Positions 1-11,300 of a DNA stretch of 33,092 bases are shown here, piece by piece (the stretch's first letter is position 1; each line of letters starts with the position of its first letter). Origin of the DNA: Trichosphaerium sp. ATCC 40318 (taxonomy: Eukaryota > Protista > Tubulinea); the NCBI GenBank assembly GCA_038496445.1, contig JALMLS010000493.1, positions 1 through 33,092 of the forward strand, written 5' to 3'. The notes under the pieces were generated by a model. That model had not been told where the DNA came from and did no database searches. It saw nothing but the letters and a program-made list of their open reading frames with translations. Position numbers and translations under genes: made by a program.

Positions 1-49
1 TTTTTTATGGTTACACTATTATTGGTATTATTTTATTACATATTTCAAT

Positions 50-945
50 ATGTAGCTTTGCTACATAATCTTATCCACTATCATACCGCTTTGCTGAATA
101 ATGCATTCCACTTTAATAGTTGCAATTTGTTTTGTTTCATTTATAATATTTTGGATTTCCTCATTTTTTTACATGAAGCGCTTCGCTTCAAAATGCATTC
201 CACTTTGAGGTTTATGTATGTACCGCTTCGCTAAATAATGCATTCCACTTTAGGTATCATATTGTTGTTTCACTACAATATCTTGGATTTCTTCATTTTT
301 TCGCATGAAAACGCTTCGCTTCAAAATGCATTCCACTGTGAGGTTCTATATACCGCTTCGCTAAATAATGCATTCCACTTTTAAATATTGCCAATTCTTA
401 TTTCACTACAATACTTTGGATTTCCTCATTTTTTCATATAAAGCGCTTCGCTTCAAAAATGCATTTCACTTTGAGGTTTATACATGTACCACTTCGCTAA
501 ATAATGCATTCCACTTTAGGTATTATTCTTTTTTCATTTTATATATCTGGATTTTTCCATTTTTTTCACATGAAGCGCTTCGCTTCAGAATGCATTCCAC
601 TGTAGGCACCGCATATGTGCCGCTTTGCTGAATAATGCATCCGATATTAGGTGTCGCAATGCCGTACCGCTTCGCTACAGTATCTTAGATTCTTCTAATT
701 TTTTTTTTGCATTAGGTTTTGTAATATGGCGCTTCGCTTCAGAATGCATTCCACCATAATCTTTGCATGCCTACCGCCTTTGCTACATAATGCATTCCAC
801 TTTAGGTCCCGCATGTGTGCCGCTTCGCTACAAATTGTTGGATTCTATGAGTTTTTTGCTTTTTTGCCGCTTCGCTACAGAATGTTGTCGTTGTGACCCT
901 ATAATATATCGCTTCGCGATATATTTCTACACAGTGCTTCGCACT
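50..945. repeat. Degenerate tandem satellite; ~44-bp monomer (core CGCTTCGCT...AATGCATTCCAC) arranged as a ~133-bp trimer
   Basis: Core motif GCTT(C/T)GCT recurs at about 56, 88, 180, 225, 313, 355, 445, 491, 577, 623, 669, 731, 776, 822, 869, 911. The block TACCGCTTCGCTAAATAATGCATTCCACTTT recurs near 84, 221, 351 and 487. Confidence 0.9.
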
Positions 946-1017
946 GTTACATAGTACTATATGTATAAGTATCGGCAACATACGTTGCCCTACATGCTGT
1001 TTAGCAACAGCATAGAT

Positions 1018-1160
1018 CCCTAACCCTAAACCCTAACTGGCTTCTAGGGTATAACCCTAATCCTTGATTAGGGCTAGGGTTTTGCTAGTGATTACAATCT
1101 GTGATTTAGGGCTAGGGTTAGGTTTACAACCCTATGTTTTATTAGGGTTAGGGTTGTAAA
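1018..1160. repeat. Degenerate telomere-like repeats (CCCTAA/CCCTAAA and TTAGGG/CTAGGG) in mixed orientation
   Basis: CCCTAACCCTAAACCCTAA at 1018-1036, TTAGGGCTAGGG at 1068-1079, TTTAGGGCTAGGGTTAGG at about 1105-1122, TTAGGGTTAGGG at 1142-1153. Confidence 0.75.
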
Positions 1161-1637
1161 TCTTGTTGTACTTTGCTTTTTTATCTTTCTTTATTGATTA
1201 AGGCTGGTGACTACTGAGTAAAGCTACTTTTTTATTGTTAGTCAAGACTTTGCATTCTTTATGTTGACTTTAATTTAAGAGATATAATATTATATACCAA
1301 TTTATGGGTTTTGGGATTAGATTTAATAGTGGTTATTTATACATTTGCCATGTTTTGTTGTTTTTATTATAACAAATTGACTTTTATTATTGATAGAATG
1401 TATTTACTTGGCTTTGTTAATATGAAGCTATAAATACAGGTTAGATTAACAACTTGTTTGTTTTGTATGTTATTTACTTGGTTTAAAAAAAACACTTTGT
1501 ATATAACTTTTGTACCACCATATTATTGTTCTTTAACATTATTTTACTATAACAACACAGGATTTGTTTAAAGACCCTTAAAATATCAGGCATATTTACA
1601 GTATTTACATGTTTATTAATACTATTGTTTAATTCTT

Positions 1638-4370
1638 TCACTGTACAGCCTTTGTGTTTGGTATTTTTTGAGAATTTGTTTTCATGTGTTTGGCAATTGC
1701 ATCCTTTCTCTTTGATAATTTGTCTTTAGACAATGGAAACTGTTCTATAAGTCTGGCCAGATTAGATTTGTTTACCTCACGGAAAAAGCCCTCAAGAACC
1801 TTGCTTCTATATGCAGCTAACTCAGCATTCACACCTTTGTAACCAATTAGAATGTCACTTGAAGGGCTAACAACGTACAGGTCCGCAGAATAAAATCCCT
1901 GAACTTATTATCTGCTTTAAAAATTGGAGGGTACGGCAGTTGTGGACCAAAGTCAGGTACACCAGCAGAAGTAACAACACCCACCTGATAGTATGTAGGC
2001 CTAAAAACATAAGATTATATTCCAATAACACAACAACAGCCGTTGAAAACCAAATCAAAAATACCAAAAAAAGGCAAGCCAAAAAATAATGCCTTCAAAT
2101 TCAACGCACTTTGTGTCAGACTGTAGAACTCGAACCACAATTGTTACCATAATATACTGAGATGTAACTGTGTGAGGATCAAAAGGCTCACATCCCGCCT
2201 CTTGAAATACAATAAGAACTATGTCATTACCAATATGTCTTTTCTTGTGGACCTTTGCAAAAAAAAAACATTAGGAACACTTCTACAAAGTGCCTCTGTG
2301 TACCTGCTGCTCATTTTCATTGTCCTGTGTCAACATTGATGACACGTGAAACATAATCTCGTATTTAAGGAACTCGGCAACTATTGAATGTGTACCAGTT
2401 GCAGCTAATTACGTCTTAGAACAACAGTCCACCACACCAACATAGAATAAAATAGATAATACGCACTGCCATGAGTATCTAACCCTCCAGAAAATCCTTT
2501 GTACATATCTAACCGTACTGTTTCACCCATACAGTCCAAGAACGCATTATAGGCAACACTGCCACTACCTGGTTGAGAATGTGAGAAAACCACATAAAAA
2601 CTATAAACCAACATGACTAAAAAACTACGTACTATTAGAAAACATATCTTCTTCACGAACTTGTCCCGCCTTGCATAACAATACACCAAACTTAAATTTA
2701 CGGTTGACGCGATTGTCTTTTTTTTCGAACTCTACGAGCTCTTGTTCTAACTCAACATCAAATTTTGGGTGCAAATCTGCTTTCTGGGCAAATGCAGTTA
2801 GCAACAGGAGATGAGTTTAAGTGCGCACTTGTAATTTAGGGTAAAGCTCGTGAAGCAAAGGGTAAACTTCGTGATACCAGTTTGAAGTATCGATGTTTAC
2901 TAACAAATCATCTATCAGTCGCACATACTTCTCAGTACCCTAAAAAAAATAACCAATGAGTACATGTATGCACTAATAATGGATAAGCGTACATTCTTCG
3001 TGCTGATTATGGCACGGACAAATCCGTCTTGGTTTTTAGTACTGTCACACTTTATAGACGCCACAATGTGGCCAAGAGATGGGTGTGTACCAACAAAATT
3101 AATGTGCTCTATTTGCAAAACCCTTAGACAGAAGAGGGGAAAAAAAAAAAACAGAAAGCCAACACATACTTTTTTTTTTAAAGTACATACTGTACCAGTA
3201 TAAGTTCTCAGGGATATAATCCTTCGTTCGTGGTTCTAGCATTGGAGTACGTCTCCAATGTCCCCCGTCACTATCATGCACAACAGGAACACTATCAAAT
3301 ATATCCTGAAACAGTTAACAAGACAAAAGAAAAATAATAATTTAACCCAAAAAAAACCCACTAGAAATTTTATCGTAGCGTACCAACATGTCATCCAGTC
3401 TGCCATCAATATCTTCGATATCCTCATCCGTGATTTTGACATCATACAACTCTGTTTTGTAGCTATGTAGGCGTGCCAAGGTGTCAAGGTATACAATGTC
3501 ACTCAACTCTTTTAACTTGCGCAAGGTATCATCTTTTTCTGTGTCTTGTATTTCCCTCCTTGCAACTTTGAAGTCTTCTGCAGGTTTTACGTCCAACACA
3601 GCAGAAGCAAGAACAGGTACAAGCTTATAAAAAGCGGCATACGAGGCATAACCCTCAGCAGTCTCCAAGGCGAATATTGAATTTGCAAGCCCTTTTAGAG
3701 TAGCAACAACCAATTTTAGCTTTGCCATTACAGCGTGAACGTGTTCCAAATGAGTTCGCTTCTCCTGCCGTAGCGCCAACTCCTCCTCCGGTATTACTTC
3801 GTTAGCGAACCTAATCACAAACAAAAAGTCAGTTTTTTAAAAAGAAAGAAAGGAAAAAAAAAATGAGCATGGTAATGTAATAATATGGTGATGCCGCATT
3901 TGCGTACTGGTACATGGCGCGATCATCGGTGAATTCTTTGGAAGTGGCTTTTACTGCAATAATCAGCGAGTGGTCGAATAGCGTCTTACACACTAGCACA
4001 GCCCTCTCTCGCCTATAGCCTTTATTAAACGTAATCCAATCGACCGCATCGCAACCTATGTAATTTTAGGGTTTAGCAAATAGATCTCAGCATATCTTTG
4101 CGCGTTTACGTACTCACAGACGTGCGCATTCGCTAAATAGACAAAAAAATGAAACAAGACAAGTGACGCACCATGGAAGCAATTTTCGATCGTGGTGTCT
4201 TTTACTTTACAAGCGCTAACATCCACACCATTTAGGAAGTCGCTCATATTTTTCAGTATGTCTTCAGTTTTGGGATCAATTGAAGACTGTATTGTGTTTA
4301 TCACCATGCTACTGGCTTTTAGCACCTTGTCAGCAAACGACGCAGGTTGGATTTGTAGTGATGATGCCAT
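1638..4370 (-). CDS. Rap/Ran-GAP domain protein (multi-exon) with a long helical N-terminal region
   Basis: Spliced translation gives RapGAP motifs KFKFGVLLCKAGQVREEDMFSN, FLDCMGETVRLDMYKGFSGGLD, IMFHVS, KKRHIGNDIVLIVFQE (with the Asn thumb) and VNAELAAY. Probable start MASSLQIQ at 4370, stop at 1638. Confidence 0.9.
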
Positions 4371-4531
4371 AGTATTTTTATATCGGTGCTCCCGCGCTTG
4401 GGGTAAAAGGTGAGGGCTACAACGCAAAAAGAGCCACACGCGTGTAACTTTTTTTTTTGTTTTATTTTGACTACAGTTTACTTTGTCCACGCAAAAAACC
4501 AAAAAACCTCACACCACTGTACTTATGTAAA
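4371..4531. promoter_or_regulatory. Compact divergent promoter region between RapGAP and RRP8
   Basis: Only 161 bp separate the head-to-head start codons. It contains the palindrome ACACGCGTGT (4436-4445) and A/T tracts. Confidence 0.55.
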
Positions 4532-5786
4532 ATGAAGCGAAAACGTTCAGAAAAGAATATTCAGCGTAGTACTAGCACCTCGCTACCCAGAGGACGCGCT
4601 AACAACAGTAATTCTCTCCCACGAGGTAACAAAACCGCGTCGTCTCTCCCTAGAGGTGGTGGACACAAGAGAAGCAATTCAGTAGGCAACAAAAACTCAA
4701 AACGACGGAAATTGGTTGGACAACAGCCTAAAAAGCATCAGTCGCTTGATAGGAGTAAAGCGAAGCCAAAAAAGGCACCTAAACAACGCGTAAGAAAAGC
4801 TGGATTCTCAAAGAAGCTAGACGCCGCACGTTTTCGCTGGATTAACGAACAACTCTACACCACCCGAAGTGAGAAGGCCGAGAACATGTTTCAAGATGAT
4901 CCAAAGCTCTTTGAAGTGGTACTGTTTTTTTGTTTTTTTTTGGCTGGCAAGCCTCTGTCTTGGGTGACCTGACGCGTACGCTAATAATTCTTCTTCTAGT
5001 ATCATTCAGGGTTTGCAGATCAAGTGGCGAAGTGGCCTCGAAATCCTGTAGACATTTTTATTGCCAAGTTAAAAAAGCAGCCCCCTAACCTCATAATTGG
5101 TGACTTTGGATGCGGAGAAGCCAAGCTAGGTAAATGTTTTTACACAAACAATTTCCTTTTTTGACCCTATACACTGTAGCTTTGCGCTTGAAGAACAAGG
5201 TCCACTCGTTCGATTTAATTGCAGCAAATGAGCGTGTAACAGCATGTGACATAGCACACGTGCGTCTAATCTCTAGTTGTTTCATCTTAAATTTGTAAAA
5301 GGTACCACTAAAGGATGCCAAGCTAGACGTTGTTATATTTTGCTTATCTTTGATGGGAACAAATTACAGTGACTTTTTAAAAGAAGCGTATCGCACTCTT
5401 CGCTTCGGGTTGGTGACACAAGTCATTTGAGATTTTATTTTTTTTGACACTTGACACTTTTTATGAGAACTGAAATGCTAAGTTTGTTTTCCATCTAGAG
5501 GCAAACTAATGATTGCTGAAGTAAAGTCTCGGATACCTAACAGTAAATCATTTGTGCGAATGCTTAACGACATTGGATTTAAGCTCGATTCCCAGGTGAG
5601 TGCAGTAACCACTGGCCTGTATTTTAAAATAATCGATCGATTTTTTTTCATGTATGCTTACCATTTTTGTAGAACGATGAAAACAAAATGTTTGTATTAT
5701 ACTATTTAACCAAAGTACATCCCACACAAGAGGGCATACCAGTACGACAAGTTGACTTAAAAGCATGTAAATATAAAAGAAGGTAA
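4532..5786 (+). CDS. RRP8: Ribosomal RNA-processing protein 8 (25S rRNA m1A methyltransferase / nucleomethylin)
   Basis: Basic N-terminus, then KLDAARFRWINEQLYT, YHSGFADQVAKWPRNPVD, IGDFGCGEAKL, HSFDL, VTACDIAHVPL, IFCLSLMGTN, LMIAEVKSR and the C-terminal LKACKYKRR*. Confidence 0.95.
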
Positions 5787-6336
5787 AACAAAAAACTGTT
5801 TTGTTATTCTTCTTTTACATAAAGGGGTTTCTTTTTTTTGTGAGCGTTTTCACCTGGAGAAAAGTCAGTGGAGAAGGTTACTAGTAGTTTTGTGCAGTTA
5901 ACGACTTTTTTTTATTGGCGGTTTACAACGCATAAATGTTCATAGCTTTGCTCTAACGAGTTCTATTCGCTACGCAAGCTTTGTTAACCGAGATCAAAGC
6001 TATTTTGGAATTCTGTAGGCGCATGTGATCAATGCGCGCTAGTGCTTCCAATTTTAAGTTGTGTGCATAGCGTGGCAGTAGAGGTGTTTGGGAAACAAGG
6101 ACTTGCCAACGAAAAACTTTACCATTGTTTATGTGGCCGTTTTTTTCATTTCATAGCACTCACACTAACTTGAAAGCACCTCTCATAAACGTACAAGTAC
6201 GCCAAAAGTAATTCAAAAAAAAAGTAAAAACAAAACGTGGTTCAACCGCCAATAGGTTTTTTTTTTTTCGGCGTTATTGTCCCTCGTACATCCCTTGGCA
6301 TTAGTGTGTACTGTAGTATGCTAACAACAACATAGA

Positions 6337-8049
6337 ATGGCTGACGCTTCAAAAGACACCAAACTCGCAGGTATGTAGTTTAGATCGTCACTTGCGCAAG
6401 TAACGCTAGCGTAGAGGGTAAGACAAAAGCCCAGGAAGAGCTGCTAAGGAAGCAAAACGTCACAACAGCTAAAAAGTTGGCCGACGAGGAACAACAAGTA
6501 CGCCACTCTCTTTGACACCCAACCAACGCAATTCGGGAAGCCAATACCTGAGCATTGGCATTTTTATTGAAAATGTGGGTTGTTTCGTTCACACGTTTTT
6601 CTTAAAGGCGCGAGTTTCGCATGAGGCAGGTAGGGCTGCTCAAGAGCAACTTGTTAGAAAAGTGAATACCGAAAAGGTGCGTTACTGAATTGAAATAGTC
6701 CAAAACCTTCTATTTCTCCTTCTCACGTGATCGTACATACGTCATCCAAGAAACGTCAAAAAAAAAAAGAAACAGAAGTACTAAAACTTTTTTGAATTGC
6801 GCAGGCAAAGAAGGCTACAGATGAAGAACAAGCGGCAAGAATTGCTCAGAACAAGGCCACTGATGCTCAAGAGGAACTTCTACGCAAAACGAATCAAGCT
6901 AAGGTATTAAAAGTTGTATTAATTTGGTAGTTGTGGTTTTTTTTTTGTAATTCTGGAATGGTTGGTACTAACTCTTAACAAGGCAAAGAAAGCTGTCGAT
7001 GAAGAACAAAAGGCTAGAGTAGCTCAGGACCAAGCAAGCGTCGCAAGAGAAGAGATGTTGAGGAAAACGAACCAAGCAAAGGTACACAACTTTTTAATGA
7101 TTCGCTTTCTATTTTAACCAACCACCTGTTTAGGCTAGGGCAGCTGCAGATGAAGAACAAAAGCAACGTGTAGACGAACACGAAACAAAAAAAGCTCAAA
7201 ACGAACAAAAGGAGAAGAGCGTACCAGTACTGCAAGAATTGAAGGAAGTAGACCAAGGAAAGAAGGCTGTTAAAGCACATGACTTGACTGTATCCAAACT
7301 GAAGGAAGAAAAGCCAGCGTTAAAGGCTACCAAAACTGCTGATAAATCCGCACCTGTGATTGAAAAAGACGTCAAGGTACGTCAGTGGCAATATCGCAAT
7401 TTGAAATTATAATCACCTAATAATAATGTGAACTTAGGTCGGGAAAGTCGACCGTGATGGTTTCATTAAGGACGTTGAAACTGGTACAAAATTGAAGCAC
7501 GCTGGTGTTTTGATGAAGGACCGCTCTGATCCTGTGATTGAGGCCAATGTCAAGGTTCAAAAACGTGATCCAAAAGCACTCGGCAAAGAACTTGCCAGCA
7601 AGGTACCTAATACGCTAGTGCTGGTGCTTATAACTTACAATTAAACGCCAGGTGCCAACCGCTGATGGACTTGTTGATGTTTCCGAGGAGAACAAGCCAT
7701 TAATGGCAGCCATAGAGAAAGGTAAGGGCCTCAAGAAAGCTGATAAGGTAGCTGACCGTTCCGCACCAAAAATTGAAGAGGTACTAGCTTTTTGAAATGT
7801 CTTGGCTGAGCCTATTCACATTCTTTATTGCAGGGTGTAACTGTTAAGAAATGGGATAAGGAAGCATTTACTGGCGAGATCGAGAAGGGTACTGAGTTGA
7901 ACCACGCTGGCGTACTCATGAAAGATCGCTCTGCACCAAAAATTGACCCAACTGTTCAAGTCAAAAAATCTGAGAGAGAAAACTTGAAGAAAGACATCGC
8001 ATTGTACAGCGATGAAGTCACTGCAAAGGATATTGAAAGAGCTCAATAA
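6337..8049 (+). CDS. Actobindin/WH2 (beta-thymosin-like) multi-repeat actin-binding protein with N-terminal 33-aa helical repeats; about 378 aa in 9 exons
   Basis: Exons 6337-6370, 6415-6497, 6608-6676, 6805-6903, 6983-7081, 7134-7376, 7438-7602, 7652-7780, 7834-8049 splice in frame. Four motifs (LKATKTADKSAPVI, LKHAGVLMKDRSDPVI, LKKADKVADRSAPKI, LNHAGVLMKDRSAPKI) resemble the actobindin LKHAETVDKSAPQI repeat. Confidence 0.85.
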
Positions 8050-8394
8050 TGCCGGTACAGTGTTTACTAAATAGTTGTTATTAGACAATAAGAACCAAGC
8101 ATTTTTCAAACTGTACGCGTAGTTATTTTGGCGCTTTCGCCCAAATGTTGCTTGTAGTTGTCATCAACGATACTTGCTATGGTAAGGTTTGGGTTAGCTA
8201 TAAAAAGCAACTGGTATTTGCGAGGTATTGTAGAAAATCACGTGATGTTGTTAAAGTTACCTCGTGTATTTGTTAAATTCGCTAAACACTATCAACATCC
8301 CTAACACTACAGTTTTTTTTTGTAAATCAGAGTGTGCGAACGTAAAATTGTATGCAAATAATTGTGTTTATTACGGAAAACAAGGCTTTATAAG

Positions 8395-11300
8395 TTAGCG
8401 GCCGAGGATAGCTTCTGCGCTTGGTGATTGAGGTTTTGCTCCTAATAAACTATGAGCGAAGAGCTTTGCGTATACTTTTTTAGAAAGCTTACCTTGGAAT
8501 ATTGTCTGATGCATAGTCTTAAGGTACTTGTCATCGGCCTTTGAGGTTGGTGTATTACGAATCCAGATCTCCAAGTAATTCTCAAATTGATCTGAAGGAG
8601 GGAATGTCTCCAGACAAAGCAACATCATCTTCCATCCCTTATTAACACTCTCACTATGATGCAATTAGCGACGTAAAACGTTGTGTGTGTAGTACGGATT
8701 TGGGTTCTGCGTGAGCTGCTTGATGGTTTGTAAGTAAATCTCATCTCTCATTTTGGCATGTTGCAATCCGCGATCTAGAATTTCTTTACAAAGAACAGCA
8801 GGGAACTGCATATTCTTGTCTCCCATGAAACCCAACATGTTCTTATGTATAACTTTGGATTCCTTCTCAAGTACTTTCTCCATTACCGTGAGGGATGTAG
8901 GAAGTGCTGCCTTGGTCCAAATTAACATAGTTTTCTTGAGCTTGGCTTTTCCGAACGTCTTCGGTTTAGCATATTCTGAAGGCGTTTTAAGAAGAGGACA
9001 AGCTTCAATCTAGTAGAATTCGTAAGCACATTGAAGAAAGGAGTAAACAACACAGAACCAAATGCCTACCTTAAAGTCTGTGCCATTCTTCTTGAAGAAA
9101 AAATCCTTTAGAATAATCTTCTTTGCTACCCAACGTTCTGTATTTCCCTCTATAGCCACAGTTAAAGTTACGTACAATGGAGATTATTTCATACCTGCAA
9201 CAGCTGCGTCGAACTGTTCCTTTGCAAGTGCTTCATCATCCAAAGCACACAATGCTGCCAAACGGGCTGTAGCATCGGTTTTGTAGTTGATAGCAACACA
9301 GCGTTGGTTCAAAGACTCCAACTAAAAAGTATTAGACTCGAAAAAAAAACAACCCAAGTCCAACGTACGTCAGAACGCTCTGGAATGCTCTTGATCATAG
9401 GATGAATCTCGACTTCTATTTGTGCACACTTGTCGCGTAGCTCACGGGCTTGTTTTACCTCAACCTTATTGTAGCCTAGTGTTGTAAGTATCAGAAAAAT
9501 ATGAGAATAACTTTGGACAGAGTATGGTTGTTCTTTACGTACCAAATGAACCAGCGTATTCAACAGCTGCTTTAAGTTTTTCGAGGTTAACCTCATTTAT
9601 AGCTTCGGTACACATGCTGTACGCAGTGACTATGCCATTGTACAAATCTAAAAAAAAAAATTAAATACCTCAAACTTTAAATAGAACAATGAATACGTAC
9701 CTTGATACCATTTGATATCCATTTCAAGAGCTTGACCCTTTTGAATAGAGATTTCTAATGCATTAGCATCGAATGCTTCTGCTGCATTATCAAGCTCAGC
9801 TTGTGTTTCTTCAATTTTAGCACGAAGAACAACTTGATCGTTTGCAGCCTTCATTTCAGGAGCTTCTTTCAACTCCATAGCTTTCGCTGCCAAAACTTGC
9901 TTCTCAACGGCGTCCCAATCATCGGATGCAATGTAACCGCGAATAGTAAGAATAATCTGTCCGGTTTGCATGAGTATCTTACCATCCTCTGTTTTACATT
10001 TAAACTAAGTAACAAGAGTTAGAACAAATCAAAGCAAGTAGAAGCAAAGGTTACCGCTTGGCCCTTCTTAACAGCATCTCTGAGAGCAGAATCGGCGGCA
10101 GGTGTCAAACTTACGACACCCTTTTTGTCAATGAGGACGCCAGGGTATAGAGGATTAGGTGATACAGATAGAGCCTTTTTAAAGAATAAGAAAATAAAAT
10201 AGAGGAGCTAGTTGTTACGTACAGCTGCGAGATCTTCAAGCAATATTTTTTCCTGTTTAATTCTCTCAAGTTCTTTAACAGCCGCAGCAGCAACATGTTC
10301 AGACATAGCGATACCATACTGCTTAGCCTTTTCGATGGCACTACGAAGGAGTTCTTCATCAGAGTTCCTTGTACCTTCTTCCATGTCCTTCCTAGCCTCA
10401 ATACGCATATTGAACTTCGTTAACATGCTTCTGGCTTTGTTTATTTTATCGTTTTGCAAGCTAATCTTATCACCATCCTCAACGATACTAAATTATTTAG
10501 TAAATTGATTCGTGAAAGAAGTGTACCGAGTCAAGCGTCCACGCAAGTCTTCTGTAGTATCGCCTGAGTTCTCGACCTTTGGGAACAGTTCGTCCATGAG
10601 CTTTCCAAGACGTACTTCCTCTTCAAGGTAATGTTTGAGTGTTTGAGCTTCATAATGCTCTCTACAAAAAAAACCCAAGTAAGAACATTGCAAACACGTG
10701 ATTCAAAATCATGGCAATACGTACTTGCACTGGAATGGCATATCAGCAGAGGCGGATATAGCTAAACCAAGCTTTTCGATAGATCTAGCATTGATAGCAT
10801 CACGCAATTGATGGCGCACAGTGTTCATTAAATCGTAGATGCACCTCATACGGAATCTACGGAACACTACAAGACAGTCAAAGATGTGAACTGATTAGTT
10901 AAACTCCGTACAAGCTTCAGCTTTAATCATTAATTTCCTAATAGCCTCACTTCTCAACAAGTCCATACCACGTTGTTCTTTGGCTCTGTACAGACACTAC
11001 ACAATCACATAAGAATATATTGCGAATTAGTTAGGTTCTCGTACCATAGAAGCGCCAACTTGTACGTCATCTGTATTACAGCTCATTGAAGCAAGCATCT
11101 TCTTACAAGCATTGGCATCTTTACCGCCCATTTTTGGATTCAAACATCTGTATCTCTTCATGAACTTCTTGTGCGTGTATCTGAATGGGTAACCCTTACG
11201 TCTGATCTCTACCGCTTCGAATACACCTGTACATATAATTTAACAAATGGTAAACAAAATTACTTTTAATTAACTAAAACAGTACCAGCATAGAGGAGCT

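Noticed and set aside
50-945. CRISPR-like array (conserved cores with variable intervening sequence)
   Set aside because: The intervening sequences are homologous to each other, the cores are degenerate, the context is eukaryotic and no cas genes are present. It is a satellite.
7-954. ORFs 7..234, 368..631 and 763..954
   Set aside because: They are chance translations of the satellite.
1018-1160. True chromosome end or telomerase RNA template
   Set aside because: The patch is short, degenerate, mixed in orientation and internal to other sequence. Nothing else supports a telomerase RNA.
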